This document shows positions 58,756 to 64,000 of a stretch of DNA of 64,000 nucleotides, piece by piece (positions within the stretch are counted from its first letter, which is position 1; each line of letters opens with the position of its first letter). Made by a program: the position numbers and the translations under genes. The DNA is from Candidatus Latescibacterota bacterium (GTDB lineage: Bacteria; Latescibacterota; UBA2968; UBA8231), in assembly GCA_965200315.1 (NCBI GenBank), contig OZ241362.1, forward strand, positions 4,640,001 through 4,704,000, in the 5' to 3' direction. The notes under the pieces are model-generated. The model was not told the DNA's origin. It was given only the letters and a program-made list of their open reading frames with translations, and ran no database searches.

Positions 58756-61361
58756 CCCCTTCTTTCGGCTGGCCGACCGCCCAAGCGCTCTTCTTCTAGC
58801 CCTGCATAGAGCTCGATGAAGGCAATGGTGTTGCTCACGTCTTGGTCGGTGAGGGTGGCAAAGTTGATGTCGTTGACCTGAAAGCCAACGTTGGATGTGA
58901 CGCTGTAGCCTTGGTACTGGACCCGATTGGTGTACTGCACGGTGAACACCTTGCCGATGAAGTCGTCGATGTACTCGGGCGGCAATGGGTCGGGGATCGC
59001 CTCGGCATTGCGGAAAATTATGGCCTCCACTCCGACCTCGACGCGGCTTCTCGTCAGCACTGGGAACACGGCCGACAAGGAGAAAATTTCGCTCAACTCG
59101 TTGATCTCAAGCTGGACGGTGCGCGGTTGGGTGCGCTTGCGCCACATGTTTTTCCAGCGCGGGATCAAGGTGATGTTGCGCCCAATGGAAAACGGATAGT
59201 CCGCTTTGTTGATCACTCCGTAGAACGCGCTATCGCGGAGGCGGTCGGCTGTTTCGTCGCGCTGCTTGAAGTGATCGAGGCGGAACTTGTTGACAAAGGT
59301 CAGGTTGCCGCGGGTGTACTTGTAGCCGACGAAGCTCTGATTGACGATGGTGTTGCCGGTGATTAGGGGGTCGTCAAAAGGTTGCAAGCCGCCAATGGAG
59401 CCAGGGCGCTGCACCCATTGCAGCAGGTTGTCGGCGATGTTGTCCTCAACGGACTTGAGCATGTGGAAGATTTCAAACTTGCCCATCCCAGAGATGTCGC
59501 GCACCGCGCTGAGCAATGCGTATATGGCTGTTGACCGCTCTTGGCCGGCGATCAGCCACTCGCGATTGCGGCCTACGGTGAGATTAACCCCGGGGTAAAT
59601 CTCGGCCCCCCCGTATGCGTTCCAGCCGCGATGCCCCTTGCGGTAGGGATAGTCGGCCTCGTCGTCGTTTTCAAAGCGATCCACTACGGTATTGTGGTTC
59701 ATATCGACGCCGAAGAGGAAGTCAGGTGGGTCGATATAGTGGCGCAAGAATGGCTCTTCGTAGTCCGGGGTGAGGTTGGAGTTTTCGTTGAAGTCCGAGA
59801 GCAGGTCGTTGTTTTCGTCGAGGCCGGGGAAGACGGCGTTGTCGCCGCCGCCCGGATCGCCAAAGCGCGGCCAATCCACGAGTTGGTCTTGATCGTCGTT
59901 ATCGTCGATGTACTCGAACCAGTTCTGGCGCTGGTTTTCGTAATCCACGACATCGTTTTGGTCGGTGATGTACCCGCGCGTGGTGTACCCGTAATCCATG
60001 CTGAACACCTCGCCGTAGCCAAAGTAGCGGCCGGTGCGGCGCGTGGCGTTGACGAACCAAGCATCGGCCGTGCGGCTGCTCTTTTTGAGGTTGCTCAGTT
60101 TCTGGATGTTGATGTTGGGATAGCGCTGAAACTGGGTGTTGCGTGCGAATTCGCCGCGCACCTCCAAGCCCCATATATCCTCAATGGTCAAATCGACGCT
60201 GGCGATTTGGTTGGCCGAGGGCAGGCCGTAGTCAAAGCGGACGACGCGCTGGTTGGTGTTGTCGCGCACATTGCCTTCTGAGCGAGTGACCGGCAAGAAG
60301 ATGGGCTGGCCGTTGATATTAGTCTGCAAGTTGGAGGTTATCTCCACTCGGTAGTCGTTGGAGAGCACCATGGCGTAGCTGACCTTTTGTACCACCAACG
60401 GATCGGGCACTCGGTAGCGGAGGAGGATCGGTGCCTCTTCGAGGGCTTCGAGAAAGCCCTCGCGCTGGCGGCCCCCCTCAATAGTAGGATTGACCGAGGT
60501 CTCTTGGCCATCGACGATCATCTGCGCCGAAAAGAACAAAGCGCCGGAGCCGTCGCCGGGCGAGTCGTCAGAGATGCGGATGACGATTTCGGTGACGTTG
60601 CCTGAATTCTGGCTGCTGGTCAGCAAGCCAGCGCGCGAATTTTCCGAGAAATTGCTGCTCGCCGAGCCGAAATTAGTATTGACATACGTGACTCCTAAGC
60701 CCATGAAGTCGCCGACTTGGGCAGTGCCGCGCAGGCCGATGAAGTTGGTGAAGTCCGTGTCTTGCACTCGGTTCCCCCCCTGTGCCAACCGCACCGGCTC
60801 ATTGACGCGCGACAGCAGCACGGTGGCCTCGTATTTGTCGGACGCAAAGTCCCATTGGACGCCGTTGAAGCGCGAGCGACTGAAGGTCAGCGGGGTCAGG
60901 GTCGTGCGGATGTAATCGCCGACGGTCAGAGCAGAGTAGTACTGGCCCTTGGAGTCGGCGGCCACCAGTAGGTTTTGGAACCAAGAGCCAAAGCGGCTAT
61001 CTTTGAAGACCGAGCTGCCAAAGGCCAGTGGCTGCTGTTGACGCCACTCGTAAATGCGCCAGCCCCGGGTGATCCAGTTGCCGAAGATGTCGTACTGGCC
61101 CGTGCCTTCTAACTGCGTGTTGACATAGCGCTGAAACGGTTCCTTGGCGTAGTTGGTGTACTTGTAGCCTCCCCAGTGGTAGATGTAGTAGAGGTCTTGG
61201 GGCACGTACCACTTGCGCAGGGTCGGGACCAATGGGTCGAAGCCATCGATCCTAACTTGCGAGGTGGCACCGCGCTCGCGCCCCGGGGTTGCCGCTCGGA
61301 CGCTGGACGCTGCAACAACTAGGACCAGCAGGGCAACCCCCCAGAACATAACTTTGTGCAT
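58743..61361 (-). CDS. Large exported protein, putative outer-membrane beta-barrel with Asp-rich Ca-binding-like loops
   Basis: Signal peptide; aromatic, amphipathic beta-like segments; DNDDQD, DENNDLLSD, DMNHNTVVD; terminal WSF. Confidence 0.55.
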   Translation of the reverse strand: MHKVMFWGVALLVLVVAASSVRAATPGRERGATSQVRIDGFDPLVPTLRKWYVPQDLYYIYHWGGYKYTNYAKEPFQRYVNTQLEGTGQYDIFGNWITRGWRIYEWRQQQPLAFGSSVFKDSRFGSWFQNLLVAADSKGQYYSALTVGDYIRTTLTPLTFSRSRFNGVQWDFASDKYEATVLLSRVNEPVRLAQGGNRVQDTDFTNFIGLRGTAQVGDFMGLGVTYVNTNFGSASSNFSENSRAGLLTSSQNSGNVTEIVIRISDDSPGDGSGALFFSAQMIVDGQETSVNPTIEGGRQREGFLEALEEAPILLRYRVPDPLVVQKVSYAMVLSNDYRVEITSNLQTNINGQPIFLPVTRSEGNVRDNTNQRVVRFDYGLPSANQIASVDLTIEDIWGLEVRGEFARNTQFQRYPNINIQKLSNLKKSSRTADAWFVNATRRTGRYFGYGEVFSMDYGYTTRGYITDQNDVVDYENQRQNWFEYIDDNDDQDQLVDWPRFGDPGGGDNAVFPGLDENNDLLSDFNENSNLTPDYEEPFLRHYIDPPDFLFGVDMNHNTVVDRFENDDEADYPYRKGHRGWNAYGGAEIYPGVNLTVGRNREWLIAGQERSTAIYALLSAVRDISGMGKFEIFHMLKSVEDNIADNLLQWVQRPGSIGGLQPFDDPLITGNTIVNQSFVGYKYTRGNLTFVNKFRLDHFKQRDETADRLRDSAFYGVINKADYPFSIGRNITLIPRWKNMWRKRTQPRTVQLEINELSEIFSLSAVFPVLTRSRVEVGVEAIIFRNAEAIPDPLPPEYIDDFIGKVFTVQYTNRVQYQGYSVTSNVGFQVNDINFATLTDQDVSNTIAFIELYAGLEEERLGGRPAERRGWSF

Positions 61362-61451
61362 AACAACCCTCCCTTAGGCGTTCACTTGTGCTTGGCGCGG
61401 CTAGCCGCGCAGTGAAAAGATCGGCGGCCGAGATGGCCCGGCCCATGTAGG

Positions 61452-63233
61452 TCAGTACACTACGGCAATACTCCGCATCTGTGTGGCGATGCCAGCGTCG
61501 GTAGCGGCCTTGAGGCGGAGCAAGTACATGCCCGGCGGCACCACGCCGCCGGCATCGCGGCCATCCCAACGAACTTGGTTGGGGCCGGAGCGGTCGCGGG
61601 CTTGGTAGAGGCGATGCACTGGCCGGCCGCTCAAGTCGTACACGACGACCTCGACTTCGACCTCGTGGGTCGCCTTGAGCAGAATGTAGTCGAGGGTGAT
61701 ACGGTCGTTGATGCCGTCGCCATTGGGCGTGATTACCGCGGATGAGAACACAACGCCGGTAAAAAGCTCGTCGTCGATGCGGGCACTGACGACGAGCGTG
61801 TTGTCGGTGGCTTCTTCGGCCGCATCGCCGAAAGCGACTCGCTGCGGAAACGCGTCGGATTGGCTGTCGGCGACCTCGCCGCGAAATTCCGTGCCGGAGA
61901 CGGTGACCAAACTGGCAAAGCGCACGGCGACTTCTTGGCCGCTACGGGTGATGCGTTGGTCGGGAAAGCTCACCTGCAAGCGGCCCAAATCGGACGCCGT
62001 GGTAAAGTTGTCAACCTCCACACCATCGACGCGCACGCCCGTGGCGCGGGCCGCAAACGGAGTGTGGATGATCACGGTGTCAAAGCCTCGGTTGCCGCTC
62101 GAGACGACCGAGCGCAGGTGATAGGTAAATTCGTTCTCGCGCCCGAGGGTGGCCGTGGCCGGACTGATTTCGGCGATGACCGAGTCGGCGAGGGACGGCA
62201 CCGTGTAGTTGAAGACCACTGAGTCGATGATGGCTTTGTGCTGCAAGCTACTCGACAGCAGCTTGAATTGGAACTGGAGGTAGCGCCGGTTGTCCGGCGA
62301 ATTGATCGTCGATTCGAGTAGCTCGGCGTAGGGCGGGGACCACGCACTCCAATCGCGGTCGTTTTCGAGGACGACGCCGGCGTATGATGGATCGAGTGTG
62401 CGGTCGAAATCCGCTAGTGCCACTTCCTCCACTTCCCCGGGAATGCCCGTCTGGCGGAAGTAGAGCGAGTCCGTAGCGACAAAACCGGTCTTGGTGCTGA
62501 ACTGGGCTTGAGCGATACTGTCGATGCGGCTGTACACATCGACCGGACCGAAGTTGGCCGCTTCACCTAGGTCAATCACCTTGGATATGTACTGGGCAAA
62601 GGGCGTGACGCCAACGCCAAAAACTTCAAGGTCGCCCATCTGAAAGCCTCGTTCGCCCGTACTGCGCAGCCTAAAAGAGCGCACCTTAGTCGGCGGAAAG
62701 CTCAGATCCAGCTCGGGCTGGCCGTGCGAGCGGTCTTGTGCTATGAGCGCGTACACGGGATTGCCGCCAACGAAGTTGAGCGGGTCGCCATCGTTGGCGT
62801 AGAACTCGTAGCCACGCAGCGAGCGCTCGTCGTCGTTGAGGACGCCGCGGCGAAAATAGAGGCGATGGAGGACAAAGATGGCACCCATATCGACTTCGAG
62901 TTCGGCACCATTGGGGTTGGTGTACACGCGCCAACCCGTGGTGTGGGAGCCGTCAATGAGTTCGTTGAGTATCTGGTTGGAGCGCGCCGCAGCCGTGCTC
63001 ACCGAGGTGGTTGCGCTGCCATCGAGTTCCTTGATGCGCGGCAGGATATTTTCCTCGGGGTCGGCCTCCAGCGGCGATAGGCCCCTATCTTCGGTGACTT
63101 CAAGTGCCTTGAATATGAGCGAGTTGCCTTCCCACTCCAGTCCATCGCCGCCTATTTTGAGCCGTTCCGCGGCCGCGGCCGGAGTGCTGTATCCCATCGC
63201 TAGGAGAGCTAATGCGAGTGCGGCACGGGTCAT
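61452..63233 (-). CDS. Exported protein with discoidin-like domain and C-terminal FlgD-Ig-like domain
   Basis: Start MTRAAL with signal peptide; LIDG...VDMG; ITPNGDGIND, YDLSGRPV, WDGRD, PPGMY, terminal AVVY. Confidence 0.8.
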   Translation of the reverse strand: MTRAALALALLAMGYSTPAAAAERLKIGGDGLEWEGNSLIFKALEVTEDRGLSPLEADPEENILPRIKELDGSATTSVSTAAARSNQILNELIDGSHTTGWRVYTNPNGAELEVDMGAIFVLHRLYFRRGVLNDDERSLRGYEFYANDGDPLNFVGGNPVYALIAQDRSHGQPELDLSFPPTKVRSFRLRSTGERGFQMGDLEVFGVGVTPFAQYISKVIDLGEAANFGPVDVYSRIDSIAQAQFSTKTGFVATDSLYFRQTGIPGEVEEVALADFDRTLDPSYAGVVLENDRDWSAWSPPYAELLESTINSPDNRRYLQFQFKLLSSSLQHKAIIDSVVFNYTVPSLADSVIAEISPATATLGRENEFTYHLRSVVSSGNRGFDTVIIHTPFAARATGVRVDGVEVDNFTTASDLGRLQVSFPDQRITRSGQEVAVRFASLVTVSGTEFRGEVADSQSDAFPQRVAFGDAAEEATDNTLVVSARIDDELFTGVVFSSAVITPNGDGINDRITLDYILLKATHEVEVEVVVYDLSGRPVHRLYQARDRSGPNQVRWDGRDAGGVVPPGMYLLRLKAATDAGIATQMRSIAVVY

Positions 63234-63274
63234 CGCTGTTCCTTTTTGCTGTAAGGTGGCAAAAGTAGGCTCCT

Positions 63275-64000
63275 TCAGTAGGCTACCGGCACGATTCGCT
63301 GCACCGTCTCGGTCTGGGAGTCGCCGGCAATCTCGATTTGCACTAGATAGGTCCCTGGACTCACGAGCGCACCGGTGCCGTCGCGGCCATCCCAAGTGAA
63401 GCGGTAGCGCCGAGCCAGCCCATCGCCGCTGTCGAGGGCGCGCACGTTGCGGCCGGCCAAATCGTAGATGTAGACCCGGATTGGCCGCGGCGTCACCAGC
63501 TTGAGTGCGTCGAATTCAATGGTCAACTCGTCGCCGACCCCATCGCCATTGGGCGTCAGCACGAGCGTCGAGAGGGCGACGTTAGCTAGCAGCAGGTCGT
63601 TGACCGGCAGTTGCACCGAGACGGATTCGCTCGGCACATTGGCTTTGACGTCGCCTTGGTCAACGAGTTGGCGCACGTCGGTGCCGAGGTTGCTGTTGCC
63701 GAGGAAGAGGTCAAAGCGCGTCTGATTTTGGTAAATGGTACTGCTGAACGAGAGTTCGATTATCTCCGAGCGGCGGACTGTGGCTGGTAGATCGACGACA
63801 AAGCCCTCGGCGACCGGAGTAATTGCGAACTCCTCCACCGGCTCATCCCCCAACTTCAGGCTGGTGAAATTGACGGGCACGGACGCGGCCATGGTCAGGC
63901 GGTCAAAGCCCTGCGAGCGCCCGCCAAAGATCGGCAGGACAAAGTATGTAAAGTCCTTTTTGACGCCCGGTTCGACTTGGCTGGGGAAGACCTCGGCGCG
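63275..64000 (-). CDS. Paralogous exported protein with C-terminal FlgD-Ig-like domain, 5'-truncated by window edge
   Basis: Frame open to 64000 (RAEVFPSQVEPGVKKDFTYFV..GFD); LTPNGDGVGD, YDLAGRNV, WDGRD, SPGTY, terminal PVAY. Confidence 0.8.
   Translation of the reverse strand, partial: RAEVFPSQVEPGVKKDFTYFVLPIFGGRSQGFDRLTMAASVPVNFTSLKLGDEPVEEFAITPVAEGFVVDLPATVRRSEIIELSFSSTIYQNQTRFDLFLGNSNLGTDVRQLVDQGDVKANVPSESVSVQLPVNDLLLANVALSTLVLTPNGDGVGDELTIEFDALKLVTPRPIRVYIYDLAGRNVRALDSGDGLARRYRFTWDGRDGTGALVSPGTYLVQIEIAGDSQTETVQRIVPVAY

Noticed and set aside
61452-64000. Flagellar hook-capping protein FlgD
   Set aside because: Sec-type signal peptide on the complete paralog, much larger size and no flagellar genes nearby; only the Ig-like tail is shared.

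Overview
GC-rich bacterial chromosomal window. Gene content (many PhyH, Zn-ADH, enolase-superfamily and sulfatase enzymes; secreted proteins with FlgD-Ig-like tails) suggests an uncultured Gram-negative heterotroph, possibly Latescibacterota/Gemmatimonadota-like; this is inference only. Left to right: an imelysin + di-heme oxidoreductase pair; a candidate structured RNA; sugar/polyol catabolic genes; a partner-switching signalling module (REC-PP2C, RsbW-like, periplasmic binding protein, histidine kinase) facing an amt-STAS pair; an OLD-like ATPase; many catabolic enzymes; a DUF1998 helicase fused to an RNase H-like exonuclease; small lower-GC defence-like inserts (RusA-like + REase-HEPN, SLATT-like + proline-rich micro-ORF); hsp20; flotillin/NfeD; purL. 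The main candidate for an undescribed system is the ~17 kb co-oriented minus-strand envelope cluster at 47180-64000. It holds two OPT-like membrane proteins, a 1531-aa PA/M28-like + MacB/FtsX fusion with altered metal ligands, a lipoprotein, a SurA/PrsA-like chaperone, a putative outer-membrane protein and paralogous exported proteins sharing a TPNGDG...WDGRD...VxY tail. Several intergenic spacers hide deletion-eroded remnants of toxin-antitoxin and restriction genes (MazF, HicBA, RelE-type, XamI-like, a type II RM pair), some absent from the ORF track. No tRNA, rRNA or CRISPR array was recognised. All family assignments come from motif recognition by eye, not database searches.
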